DNA of 61,822 bases, the filler included, from Basidiobolus meristosporus CBS 931.73 (taxonomy: Eukaryota; Fungi; Basidiobolomycota): NCBI GenBank assembly GCA_002104905.1. It is 3 parts of 3 records of this genome, joined end to end, with 100 filler letters (N's around TTAATTAATTAA, not from the genome) between each part and the next. Parts side by side here need not be neighbours in the genome. Positions count along the whole stretch, not along the records: positions 31,598 to 61,822 come from MCFE01000853.1; 2 more parts are not named here. The stretch is one strand, 5' to 3'. How positions within the stretch are numbered: the first letter of the stretch is position 1; the number at the start of each line of letters is the position of its first letter. Position numbers and translations under genes: made by a program. Positions 51,701 to 61,640 of this stretch are shown one piece after another. The notes beneath the pieces were generated by a model, which was given only the letters and a program-made list of their open reading frames with translations, was not told the DNA's origin and did not search any database.

Positions 51701-51852
51701 TCTCCCACTGCATCAAGTGTTCTATTGTCACCCATGAAAACCTTCTTAATTGGAATTTCTTGATATTGGGTAAAAAGTTCTTTTTGGTGTGTAAAGTGTT
51801 GAGAAGCTCCAGAGTCAATATACCACGTCTGAGAATCCTTGTTTGTGGTCAT
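48712..51852 (-). CDS. pol: Copia pol (protease, GAG-pre-integrase, integrase, RT, RNase H)
   Basis: WYIDSGAS, HRRFGH..CEAC, IHSDLCGP..SDNGGEY..QNGVAER, YVDDL, YSDADW, TKHIDIRHHF; 1046 aa uninterrupted. Confidence 0.97.
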   Translation of the reverse strand: MTTNKDSQTWYIDSGASQHFTHQKELFTQYQEIPIKKVFMGDNRTLDAVGEGTIQVNLRSSEGSHTLTFKEVLYVPEIAKNLLSVSKATAEGLSFSFDNSGCRITDQNGAHIASGIRDQNLYKLTYIPSYLEANISNLNEETPMLWHRRFGHINFDYLRKMIKDQLISGAKIDPPANLEHCEACIYGKQTRQPFKSSGLIKTKKKLDLIHSDLCGPMQNLSLGGMKYLITFIDDYTRYTWVYFMERKEEALSKFREFKAMVEREIGEKIKKICSDNGGEYTSKLFIHFCKIHGIKQETTVPYSPQQNGVAERANRSIIDMARSMIHDQKLSYDFWAESVATAVYLKNRSYNRILCDSTPFEAWYGYRPSAEHLRIFGCTAYAKKLAGNQSKFEPKSVKCIFLGYCNESKAYRLYNTKAKKLIKSRDVLFDENSKFSQKMTSDDDENLISSPPIVRIESEQNNENFFTPEDSKTMVQPESVPRNIPEVIIPVSNARRSNRTRNSPNYFINEGTNLAYAYSVHIDEPQTVKEALNSPQTKFWRSAMTEEYQALMENQTWDLVKLPINQKSIGCRWVFKTKYKADGTIERYKARLVAKGYSQTKGLDYTETFAPVAKFNSIRLILAIAAKYQFFIHQMDVKTAFLNGELDEDMYMDQPDGFVDQDNPHLVCKLKKSLYGLKQSSRAWNCKIDSYLESLSFKRSNADYSIYYKPDRANPVLLALYVDDLIIATNNLKTLEETKSNLSKEFKMSDLGELSYYLGIKFSIDRSTQTITLSQSKYIQDILKKYKMEDCKPAATPMETNLNLVKTQPNQESLVPSESPDFPYQSMVGSLMYIMLGTRPDISYSVGVVSQHNQNYGSDHIAAVKRIFRYLKGTADICLRYTYKDSEQDLVGYSDADWGQNLEDRRSTTGYTFLYCKGAISWNSRKQPTIALSTTEAEYMAACEATKEAMWLRKLLTDLGLCQKTPITLFQDNQGCIQLGRNPTFHARTKHIDIRHHFIHEAIENNLVSLVYCPTDEMIADIFTKPLARDKFEYLRSKLGLVSMNI

Positions 51853-51909
51853 ATTTAGTGCAGATATGAATAGTTTATCTTCAGTTGTTACAGCATTTCC
51901 ATATTCAGG

Positions 51910-52656
51910 CTATTTTTGCTGATAATCTCTCTTTTTGAAACACCGGTCTGATGTGTGTCCTTTCCTTTTGCAGTAGTTGCAAAATAGGTTGCTGTTGCCT
52001 TTGTAGGGTCTTGGGTACCTCCTTTGTTGGTTATCATTGCTTATTAAAGCATTTTCTTCTTTCTTGTAATTGGCGCTTGATTGTCTTAATTCTTCATCCA
52101 GGAGCCTTCCATATACGTAATTTAAGGTCAAATCTTCAGTTCTGAACTCTAGGGCTGATACAAGGCCCTGAAACTTGTCTGTCAGGCTATTCAGGATGGT
52201 AACTATCACATCCTCATCAGTAGTTGGTACGCCCACAGATTCCATCTCATCTACCAGCAGGGTAATTCTGTTAATTAGATTTTTCATTTCTTCTCCTGGC
52301 AGCATCTTTGTAGTAAAGAATTTTCTTCTCAGATACATTTTCTTGGCAGCTGAACATGACTGGTAGGTGTCTTCTAATGCTTTCCAGGCATTCTTTGCTG
52401 TTTTTGCTCTTGAGCATTGAATTAGCAATTTGTCCTTGACATTTAGGCAAATGCAGTTAAAGGCACTTTGTTCTTTCTTCTGGTACTTCAAGGCTTCCTC
52501 TCCCACGTTTTTAGGAGGGCATTCTTCTCCCATGACAATATCCCAAAGACCTCTTTCTTGTAGCAGCATCTTCATCTTCACCTTCCACACTTGGTAGTTA
52601 GATCCATCCAACTTTTCAGCAGAGGGAAAAATTCCAGTAATAGCAGTAGTAGACAT
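51910..52656 (-). CDS. gag: Copia gag (ends in an in-frame TAG 19 codons before the pol Met)
   Basis: ATG at 52656 (MSTTAITG), KLDGSNYQVW, zinc knuckle CNYCKRKGHTSDRC. Confidence 0.93.
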   Translation of the reverse strand: MSTTAITGIFPSAEKLDGSNYQVWKVKMKMLLQERGLWDIVMGEECPPKNVGEEALKYQKKEQSAFNCICLNVKDKLLIQCSRAKTAKNAWKALEDTYQSCSAAKKMYLRRKFFTTKMLPGEEMKNLINRITLLVDEMESVGVPTTDEDVIVTILNSLTDKFQGLVSALEFRTEDLTLNYVYGRLLDEELRQSSANYKKEENALISNDNQQRRYPRPYKGNSNLFCNYCKRKGHTSDRCFKKRDYQQK

Positions 52657-53037
52657 TGCAGAGAGTGACAGCTTGGGGCTCATAACCTGTTGTAAGAGTC
52701 TTGGAGATATTGGAAGTGATTGGGAGAACAAGTAGATTATGTGGTTTTCACTTAATGATTTATTGATTGTAAAAGTAGTATTTATACTTTTACCAGGTCT
52801 TGGCATAACAAACACGCAGAATAGGTTAAGGAAGGTCCCAAGAACATGTGTGCAAAGTTTGGGGCTGTTTGGACAACTTTGAGAATTTTCATGTTCTGGG
52901 TACCTGGTATTTTGGTGAAAATATTCTAAGTAAATCCCGACAAGGAATTTGGTCAGTATTCTCTAGGATTTGAAGGTAATGATCTAAGTGACTAAGTTAG
53001 GTGAATATTTAGGTGGAATTACGAATTTTTTACAACA

Positions 53038-53360
53038 ATGTGAACACCTCATTGGCTTAGTTACTTAAAATGTGGCTTATGGACTTAGAACTTCTTACTT
53101 GGATTCTCAATCAGGGTTTTTTTGGAGCATTTTCATCAAAGTGTCAAGTTCCAAGCATATAACAATTGTCAGAGCTGTCCAAAAGCACCCAAATATAACA
53201 CACATAATTTGGGACCTTCTTCAACATACTTTGTGTGCTTATTTGGCTAAGATCATGTTAAAGTATAAACACTGCTTTTATGTTCAATAAATTCTTGAGT
53301 GAATGCCATGTAAACTATTTGTTCTCTCTCTCACCTCAAATATCTCCTGGACCCTTATAA
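53038..53360 (+). mobile_element. Older diverged LTR of the same family, the target of the young copia insertion
   Basis: CACCT..GCTTAGTTACT, TTTTCATCAAAG, GCTGTCCAAAAG..CC, TTTGGGACCTTC, TTTGTTCTC match the reverse complement of the LTR. Confidence 0.6.
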
Positions 53361-54344
53361 GATGAGCCTCTAACTCCCACTGATGTAGATTAAGAAAGGT
53401 GGGAATGTAGCATATAAGGTACATGATCATCTCAAAGAGGTTGGGTATCTCAAGTACTTTCATTGATTACCCAGTATTTTATGGCTAGATAACTCAATTC
53501 TGGGTACTAGGAGTTGATTTAAGACATTTAATGCTAGAGTGAGCTTTTACTGGTTGATCTATTGAGTTGGGATAATTCCAGAAGCTTATGTGCAAAGCTT
53601 AAGGCTCTTGGCCATACATACATACATATAGATATTTTGATAATTTCTAGTGCCTCGATACTTTCATTTACTGATCAGTGCTGCACAACAGAGCCATTGG
53701 CATATAATCATCAACTTATTGTTCAAGAGTACATCTATGTTATTGAAATAAGTATATGTACAGCATACTAGCTGCCACTGTATTAACCAATCTGATTTTG
53801 GTGTTTTGCTTCTCAGGTCAACAATAGTGAAGGTTTCGCTATGACTAAAATCCAAAATATTGACTCAAATGCAAAATTCCAGACCTACTTTCTGGTTAGC
53901 TCTGTATTCCTTTACAACGCTTGGGCCTATGTACCGGAGTTACATTTGGTCATGCCCATACATTGGTAGCATAGCACTCAAGCATGCACCAACTCTAACT
54001 ACTTCGATATGGCTAATATGTTACTAGGAATTTGTATAGGAGCAGGAAATTTCGGCATTCATTTTGGTACTGTTGAGGGGTCATTACTTTTAATTGATAT
54101 TGGTAGGGATATGTAAAAGGCGTAGTGAGATTTTTGGTTACCCTGGAGAAATCTGGTTTTACTATAATTCCAAGATTATCATTTTGAGAAGTTTCGCCAC
54201 CAATATTTAGTAAGGATATTGATTTCGCAATTGACCCAAGTATATCAAGCAATTTCACTAATTCAAATCTGGGAGACATTTGACTACTTCGACCAGAAGG
54301 GGAGGATCGAAGCAGAATACCAGATTTAATGCATATCAGCAGGT

Positions 54345-55358
54345 TTATGCCCAGTGAGCCATATCTAAAGTGATTTTTCCAATTACCTTGCCATTCTCCA
54401 CCTTTCGGTGAGCTGCAGTAAGACCATCCACTGAAAATTCTAGAGTCTCCGTTACTGTAGTCTGCAAGATCCCCGCATCAACCAGATCGGCAATCCGATT
54501 TAAGATAACAGACTGGGATAACATATCGTGATTATACATGCTCTTTGCAAACATGAATTCCCACGAGAAACTAAGCGACTTGGTCATGTCACTGAATGGT
54601 AGTGGCTTTTCGACTTCAACAATCGTAACAATTCTACCGAATGGCTTGATGATATCCTGTGCTATGGGGAGATACTTCTCGGTGGAGTAGCAGATAAATA
54701 TATAGTCCACACTCAAGTTCAACTCGGTTAGCTGCTGCTTGAGATCGTGGTGGTGATTGAGGACATGAGTGGCACCCATTTTTTTACACCACTCAATGGT
54801 TTCCGGACGGGAGGCGGTAGTGATCACGTTGGTAAGATTCAAAACTTTGGACGCGATCTGTGTGGCAAGCGAGCCGACCCCACCTGCTCCATTAATAATC
54901 AAAAGGGTTTTGGGATTCTTGGCAGTTTTTGCTTCTGGAAGGGGAATAGAGAGCTGCTCCACCAGAGCTTCCCAAGCGGTCAGGGCTGTAAGAGGCAATC
55001 CAGCTGCTTCAGAAAAGGAAAGGGATTTCGGTTTTTTACCAACGATGCGCTCATCAACCAGAGTGTACTGAGCATTTGAGCCAGGCCGTACTAATGAGCC
55101 AGAGTACATGACCTCGTCACCTACTCGGTAGTTTTTGACATTCTCGCCAACCTCTTCGACCACACCGGCACCGTCCCAGCCCAATACTAAGGGATAAGTG
55201 TTAACAAACCCACCAGAACGGACTTTGTAGTCCACTGGATTCACGGAAACAGCAAGGTTACGAATCAACAAGTCCCCCCCGGTTGGTGTGGGTTTTGGCA
55301 GGGTTCCTTCTTCGAAGACAGACACGTCTCCACCTTTTTTTTGCAGGATAACTTTCAT
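54345..55358 (-). CDS. MDR-superfamily NAD(P)-dependent oxidoreductase (zinc-type ADH-like, TIGR02817/AL_MDR-like), intronless
   Basis: AVSVNPVDYKVR, LGWDGAGVVE, AAGLPLTALTAWEAL, IINGAGGVGS, TASRPET, FSWEFMF, GKITL. Confidence 0.9.
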   Translation of the reverse strand: MKVILQKKGGDVSVFEEGTLPKPTPTGGDLLIRNLAVSVNPVDYKVRSGGFVNTYPLVLGWDGAGVVEEVGENVKNYRVGDEVMYSGSLVRPGSNAQYTLVDERIVGKKPKSLSFSEAAGLPLTALTAWEALVEQLSIPLPEAKTAKNPKTLLIINGAGGVGSLATQIASKVLNLTNVITTASRPETIEWCKKMGATHVLNHHHDLKQQLTELNLSVDYIFICYSTEKYLPIAQDIIKPFGRIVTIVEVEKPLPFSDMTKSLSFSWEFMFAKSMYNHDMLSQSVILNRIADLVDAGILQTTVTETLEFSVDGLTAAHRKVENGKVIGKITLDMAHWA

Positions 55359-55612
55359 TTGGAGAATATTTGGGAAATCTATGATAAACAGCCAGCAGCA
55401 ATTCTTTTAATATGCCTGTAGCATGACATCAGCAAATAACAATGACATGTTTCTGTCTCTCATACGACCAATCATGCCCTGTAGCATATCATATATTCGC
55501 ATAATGAGGATAGCGTTCTAGAAGGCTCCTACAACATTACCAAAGAAGCCACTTTTAGTTTTCCTCTATGCAGAAGAAATAACGCTAAAGAGTGAATGGC
55601 CCATAGCGGAAT

Positions 55613-55627
55613 AGAATATTCTCGAAT
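55613..55627. promoter_or_regulatory. Canonical three-unit heat-shock element (nGAAnnTTCnnGAAn) in a divergent promoter
   Basis: AGAATATTCTCGAAT; an extra TTCTAGAA near 55516. Confidence 0.4.
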
Positions 55628-55972
55628 ATCATACACTCAGAAGATCAATTCTAACTCCGATCCAGCATTTTTTCGGTGTAATCTACGAGGTCCAGATTCC
55701 GGCTTTTCCCTTCACTGTAATCCCCTAGATTCACACAGATGTTACGATTGTGGCAGGGCCAAACACGAGTAGAGCAAAAAAAACATGATTGTTCATATCG
55801 GCTTTTCAGGTGCCACATGTACCCCGATACTATTTGAGATTGAATTCGAGGCTTCGAATGCGATTTGAATTCAACACTCTAATCGGGTACGATCCCTGCA
55901 CACCATGGCTATAAATAAACCATAATCAACATACCTCCAGTGTACACCTCCATACACTCCACACTTCTCAAT

Positions 55973-57595
55973 ATGACCAAGAGAGCTCAGTTCCTTGCGC
56001 TTCTGGGTGCTTGCGCCCTACTCAGTTCCTCCATGGGTGAGGAGCTCTCCAGCAAGTACACCTCCTTCAACAGATACATCTCTTGCAACAGCCAAAAGAT
56101 GGTTCAGCCAAGCAGTGTTTTCGAGATGCAACGTATCGTCCGAAATGCCTATAGCAACAGACAGCACGTCAAGGGTATCGGCCACTTGCACTCCGCTTCC
56201 GATATCATTTGTACTGATGGTGTTGTTGTCAACACCGACTGTTTGAGAGACATCAAGATCAGCCGCAATCGTGAGACAGTTACCGCCCAGGCTGGCGTTA
56301 GAGTGGTTGATCTTCTCAAGCACCTAAATGCTAACGGTCTCGGCATTGTCAACATGCCCAACTTCGGTGAAGTCACCGTGGCAGGCGCTCTCGGCACTGG
56401 CGCTCACGGCTCTTCCCTCAAGCATGTCACGGCCATGAGTGATATGGTTGTCTCCATGAGAGTTGTGACCGGTACTGGCGAGCTCAAGACCATTACTGGC
56501 AGTTTATTGGACGCCTTCCGTGTCCACATCGGTGCTGTGGGTCTCGTTTACGATGTGACTTTCAAAGTGATTCCTGCATACAAGGTCCATGTGCAAAATT
56601 ACCCGGTGCCTGAAAGCCAGTTGCTGGATGGTACTCTCGAGGCCATGGCTGAGGAATACGACTTGTTCCAGGCTTGGTGGTTCCCAGGTACCAGTACCGT
56701 CGTTGCCTCCAACGGAACTTACGTTCCAGTCACTCAGAAGGGTGAAGACAGATGGAACTTCATCAGCAGCATGGATCCCAAGGATGTCACAGGTTTGGTG
56801 AACTCCTTCGAGCAAGTGCAGGCCACTCGCAACCTCACTGAGCTTCGCCTCATGGAGGCTGACGGGGAAAGATCCTTCTGGACCACCACCGCTACCAAAC
56901 TCCCTATCTATGCCAACCCAAGCGGTGGCCTCAGCAACCCAGCTGTGGGATTCCCTCATGATATGATGACCCAAACATGCAACCCATGCTTCTGGGACCC
57001 AACTGTCAACAAGGTTCCCTTCGACATCAGAGACATCTCCATGGGCTTCCCCATGGAGCACCTGAAGGATGTCGTCCGTGACATCCAGGAGATTCTCAAG
57101 AGATACCCCGCCTACTTCCCCTTCAACGGAATCTGGTTCCGATTCAGCCCTCCCACCAACGGCTGGATGTCCCTTTCTTATGGTCGTAAAACGGTCCACA
57201 TCGAGTTCATCACCCCATCCAGAATTGACAACATCAACGATCCCAGACTCGGACTCGAGGCCACCCAGCTCATTGGCCAAACCTTGATCAACAAGTATGA
57301 CGCTCGTCCACATTGGGGCAAGAATGGCCAGTACTACTTCTCCCACGAGGTTCGTGCCGCCGCTCACCCCAAGCTCAAGGATTTCGCCAGACTTGTTCGC
57401 CGCTACGATCCCCGCGGAGTGTTCAGCAACGACTTCACCAATCGCATCTTCAACGACATCCCATCCAAGCTGAACCCAGCCATCAAGCACTGCGCGTTGG
57501 AAGACTCCTGCCTCTGCTCCAGTGACAATGATTGTGCCAATGGCCAGGTGTGCGCTAAGGAAGATGGCTTCAGATTCTGTACCTTCCCCAACTGA
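55973..57595 (+). CDS. Secreted FAD-linked aldonolactone oxidase (L-gulonolactone/D-arabinonolactone oxidase-like), intronless
   Basis: Signal peptide MTKRAQFLALLGACALLSSSMG; GHLHS (FAD-His), TVAGALGTGAHGSS, HIGAVG, ARPHWGKN; Cys-rich C-terminus. Confidence 0.9.
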   Translation: MTKRAQFLALLGACALLSSSMGEELSSKYTSFNRYISCNSQKMVQPSSVFEMQRIVRNAYSNRQHVKGIGHLHSASDIICTDGVVVNTDCLRDIKISRNRETVTAQAGVRVVDLLKHLNANGLGIVNMPNFGEVTVAGALGTGAHGSSLKHVTAMSDMVVSMRVVTGTGELKTITGSLLDAFRVHIGAVGLVYDVTFKVIPAYKVHVQNYPVPESQLLDGTLEAMAEEYDLFQAWWFPGTSTVVASNGTYVPVTQKGEDRWNFISSMDPKDVTGLVNSFEQVQATRNLTELRLMEADGERSFWTTTATKLPIYANPSGGLSNPAVGFPHDMMTQTCNPCFWDPTVNKVPFDIRDISMGFPMEHLKDVVRDIQEILKRYPAYFPFNGIWFRFSPPTNGWMSLSYGRKTVHIEFITPSRIDNINDPRLGLEATQLIGQTLINKYDARPHWGKNGQYYFSHEVRAAAHPKLKDFARLVRRYDPRGVFSNDFTNRIFNDIPSKLNPAIKHCALEDSCLCSSDNDCANGQVCAKEDGFRFCTFPN

Positions 57596-57975
57596 TAGAT
57601 AATATTGGACGTTGAATGCTATTGGTTTGAAATAAAGTAATTTAATTAGAGAAACAACGAACTCGACATCCATCTTGTTACCGGGGGGTACACCGGTTCT
57701 GTTGAGAAATAGATTGGATTTAATAATCTTGGGTGGTACCATTGTGACATCACCCCAGCAGTTATGCTTAACTCAAACCAACTTTATACGAGGGGCCAAT
57801 CAGCGCCCCGAGCCGACTCTGACCTCGCTGAACCAATTCTGTGGCTTGTGACTTGGTTTGTCGAATGCACCATACGTAGCACACTACAGCTTCAGAAAAA
57901 TTTCTGAGGTCGGACCCTTAGCATTAAAATGGGTCGGAGTGTAGCAAATGGCTGTTTCCACCACCTCAATCGAAG

Positions 57976-59122
57976 ATGATTTCCTATGATCGTCTTTACT
58001 CTGGCGTCCTTGTGGCTTCGCTCACCTCGGCCTTGATCAACCTTCGTGTCGTACTTACCAACATCAGGATAGTGTGTACCAGGGCAGGTTTCTTGCATGT
58101 CCTATCCAATCTTTTGGTGATAGGTAAGCTAGCCCTGGAAATCCCCCTCACCTGCGCAGCTAACCCTTTGTGGCAGGGGCGACTTTAACCAACATCGTGG
58201 ACGTTGTCCTGAATTCTTTCTATGGGGACTGTCAGACTCGACTACGAACAACATGTGCGGCCATCCAACTGGCAAAGGTGCTGAACCAAGTGATTTTGTT
58301 TTGGAGATGCGAGGCCGTGACTCTGCATCGAAAGAGTATCCGCTACCTCTTCGCCGTAGTGATAGTCATCAGGTTGATCTCCACCAACACCCACTGCGCA
58401 CTCCTTTCCAACGATGTGAGCGAAGGAAACCAGGCGGTGTGCATCTCCGTGCTGGAGCCCATCTCGACCCAGGCAAGTACTGCACCCTTTCCACTACCAC
58501 CCTTTTCCCTTACCCTTACCCCTGACCTTGTCACTTCTTTTTGTCCCTTTCTGTACCACTACCCTGACCAAGTGTTCCACGCAGATCACCATAGCGTTTG
58601 ATGTGGTGACCGACATTGTGCTGACCGGTTTGTTCATGGTGAAGGCAAGTATTTCTGCCCGAAGTGATCGACTCCGTACTCGCTGACCACCTCTCTAGGT
58701 GTTCGAGCATGCGAGGGCTATGCGCCGCCATGCCCACAACAATCAACTGCTCCATTCGTTGTTCAAAGAGTTTCTGTACGAGGCGGTACCAATGCTCACC
58801 ATATCGTACGTACATCCCCCATTGGCCCACGCGGAGCGATCGGCTAAGAATTGATTTTTCCAGGTTCATCATCAACGTTTGCGTGTTCATTGGTGTGCTG
58901 GGGCGCAACACAGAGATACTGATCCATATTGATGTCATACTGCAACTACGTCTGGCAAATGACCTGCTGGTGCTGAATCGAATGGCCAAACTGAGGGAGC
59001 AAAGCTTCGGTGCGTCAGGAACACATAGGAGTGCACTGGATGGCTACACCAGTAGCGACAAACAGAGGTGTGCCGATTCGTATCCGCTGAAAGACACCGA
59101 GTCCAGTTTGGCTGGGATGTGA
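57976..59122 (+). CDS. Seven-TM GPCR-like membrane protein, 5 exons (57976-58123, 58177-58472, 58585-58644, 58699-58805, 58864-59122)
   Basis: Spliced frame is continuous with ~7 hydrophobic segments; all four introns have branch-point-like CT(A/G)A(C/G) and a 3' AG; two donors are GC. Confidence 0.75.
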
Positions 59123-60908
59123 TGCAACATTGCTTTTCATGGTGACACCAATGGCAGTCCAGCTGATGATTCCTATTCGGAATGCTGGTTCACGTATAGA
59201 TCAATCATGATCCACCACCTTCTTCCTTACTAGAATAGAGCATGACAAATAAACAATAGGTTATCTTGATACCCAATACCCGATACCAGATGCCCCATAT
59301 CGGGCATGATGACCTCAGGTTTCTCCCCAATTAACAGTGGGATCAGCATTGTTGGCGGCATGCTTCGCGAGGTAAGAGGCTCAACAGTATAACTGGCTAG
59401 ATAGAGAGGGTTGGCCGGACGGCCCGTATGCTGCAGTGGACTATGAGTGATTTGCAACCAGGGGTACAAGGGAATCTTCCTTTCCTTCTATATTGCGTGG
59501 TGTTCCCCCTCTGCTGCAAACAAACCTCGTCTTCGGTAGAACACGGATTTAGCCCAATTCGTACGGATTGTCCGCAAGACAGGTACCAATCCCCGGCGGA
59601 ATCTGTGTGGGTAAGTTGGTGAACAATCAGCCCCCCCAATCACCCCGGCAATCATGGTGATCCATAGGTTGGACCGAGGGTTGTCGCATCAGAAATTATA
59701 TGTCTCGTGTAACTCCTTGGTGGTAACAGGTTTCATATCGAGTTTGACAACCGCCATTAATGGCTCAACACAAGGAAACGCTGGTGGCTCAAACTGGCCA
59801 GCATGCTGTGTACTCAATGGAGACCCCTCCCCTGTAAACGCTGCTCGTAACTGGGTGGTGTGATCCAATTAGAGGAACTCTTTCGACTGGCCTCATGGAT
59901 TTCTTCAACGTTCTTGTATCAATGACAAATCTAACGCCAGTGGATCTGGTTTTGTTCAAATCGGGACGTGCCACCGAATCCTGTGGATGTGGTGGGACGC
60001 TGAAGGGGAGGAAATCTAGCTATGAATCAAGTCTCGGTGTGCTCAGCATTGGGGATCTCCTCGGCTGCTCCAATTGGCCTGGGCATCGTTTGCTGGGATC
60101 TGTATCTCATGATGGATCATTGGTTGTAAACACTCAATTTCGGATTGGGATTGGTGAGGCATGTGCTTCGTAAATGTTGCTTCTTTTGGGCTCCTGAAGA
60201 TATCAAAACATTGCTAAAGCGTTTGGATTGTCCGCACGTAGATAGCATTTGCCCGGTTCTATTAGTATTCAACTTGTTCTGGATGTCCGTTCTTCTTTGG
60301 GTATCGCAAATGTGGTCGCCAGACTATGCGTACTGGAACTTGACACTCTGATAGCGCAGTATTTGGTCTTCGCTTCGGAGTATCTAGTGCTCTGAGTATT
60401 TTGAAACAATCTGCCATTTTAGTTGAAAGAAATCCACGCCAAGTGATTGAATCTCTGGCTGCCGAAACATCCAATTCCTGAGGATATCGGAAAACGTTGA
60501 TCATGTATATCGTGTTGGGGGTTTTTGATGAGACAGATTATGCACATGTGGTTTGCGACTGTGGTACTGCTAAAAATATTGTTTGATGTAAGTCGATATT
60601 AAGCAAGAGAACGCTAATTTGATTTGCTACTATTTGCTATGCTGAAAAACTCTGAATATGGTCGTAGGTGGGCACCACTACGCTATAGTGTACAATTTGC
60701 AATTCACTTTAATCCTAGCAGAAACTTTTGACAGACAACATCAGATACCAAATGAAAATTCTTCAGAAATCTATTTGGAGTCTAATTTACAACTTCTCAG
60801 AAATGAGAACCAGGAATCATGCCTTAGCATCCTACTATGTATACTTTACGTTCACTACTCCCAGGCAAATTATGAGGCTTAGCTGTTCTCTATCAGAAAA
60901 GCACAAAC

Positions 60909-61255
60909 TGTTGCAATATTCTGAGGAGTATCGGAAGTGATGTGGAGAACTAGAGGATTTACATGTTATTCACTTGTATATTTATTAATCAAAAGTATGG
61001 TATTTATACTTTTGATAAAGTATAGCAAACAAATGTGTGAAGTTTGTTAAGAAAGGTCCTAAGAATATGTGTGCACAGTTAGGACAACTTTGAAAAAGAT
61101 TATAATCTGGGTACCTGATAGTATGGTGAGAATATTCTAAGTAAATTCCAACAAGTGATTTGGTCAGGACAGAATGCCAATCAAAGAATAAGATCTATAT
61201 GACTAAGTTAGCATGAATGTTTAGGTGACAACTTGCCAATTACAACACTCCCACT
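60909..61255 (-). mobile_element. Copia LTR (60909-61247) with adjacent PPT
   Basis: TGTTGCAA...TTACAACA followed by CTCCCACT (minus-strand PPT); same subfamily as 607-944. Confidence 0.8.
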
Positions 61256-61339
61256 CAACAAAATATTCACAAGCAATTTGTGAAAGGTTTTGATTTCCGT
61301 CTAACTATTTCATTGTCTAGTGTGTGAGCTCAATTACTT

Positions 61340-61640
61340 CCCCTTAAGAAAAAATTAAGTAAAGGACAGCAGAATACTATGATAATATCAGCTGAATTAC
61401 AACTTTCCCAAAAGTAACAACTCTCAGTAACTCATGTATCAGTGTCACAGCAGACAAGCAGACATCCTCTCCAGAGGGAGACTAGGCCAACTAGTATTCA
61501 TACCAAATTTGGTAATCCACTGCTTATTACTTTCACCAAGAATTGCAACTGAAAGTTTGAAGCAGAAACACCAACTGAATATCTGCAAAATACCATCAGA
61601 ATACCTGCTGAATACCAGCTAAGAATCCAATGAATTCCAA
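61340..61640 (+). repeat. Repeat homologous (reverse complement) to 1257-1560, the gypsy 3' region
   Basis: Conceptual translations align: SRQA..LSR.RLGQL...PNL.I.C.LL....A.E.L.QKHQLN..KIP.EY. Confidence 0.75.

Larger units (their letters stand above)
48351..53037 (-). mobile_element. Full-length young Ty1/copia LTR retrotransposon
   Basis: 350-bp LTRs 48351-48700 and 52688-53037 (5 differences), TGTTGTAA/TTACAACA ends, TSD ATGTG (48346-48350, 53038-53042), PBS GGTTATGAGCCC, PPT AGTGGGAG. Confidence 0.98.

Noticed and set aside
51910-51912. Programmed stop-codon readthrough as the main explanation for the gag/pol stop
   Set aside because: The related copy has AAG there and the 3' context (TAG CCT GAA) is not a CARYYA-type signal; kept only as an alternative.
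56504-57742. 412-aa minus-strand ORF overlapping the lactone oxidase
   Set aside because: Antisense shadow of a codon-biased gene; no motifs.
59230-60520. CpG-retaining stretch with fragmentary ORFs on both strands
   Set aside because: I could not build a consistent spliced gene or recognise a domain.
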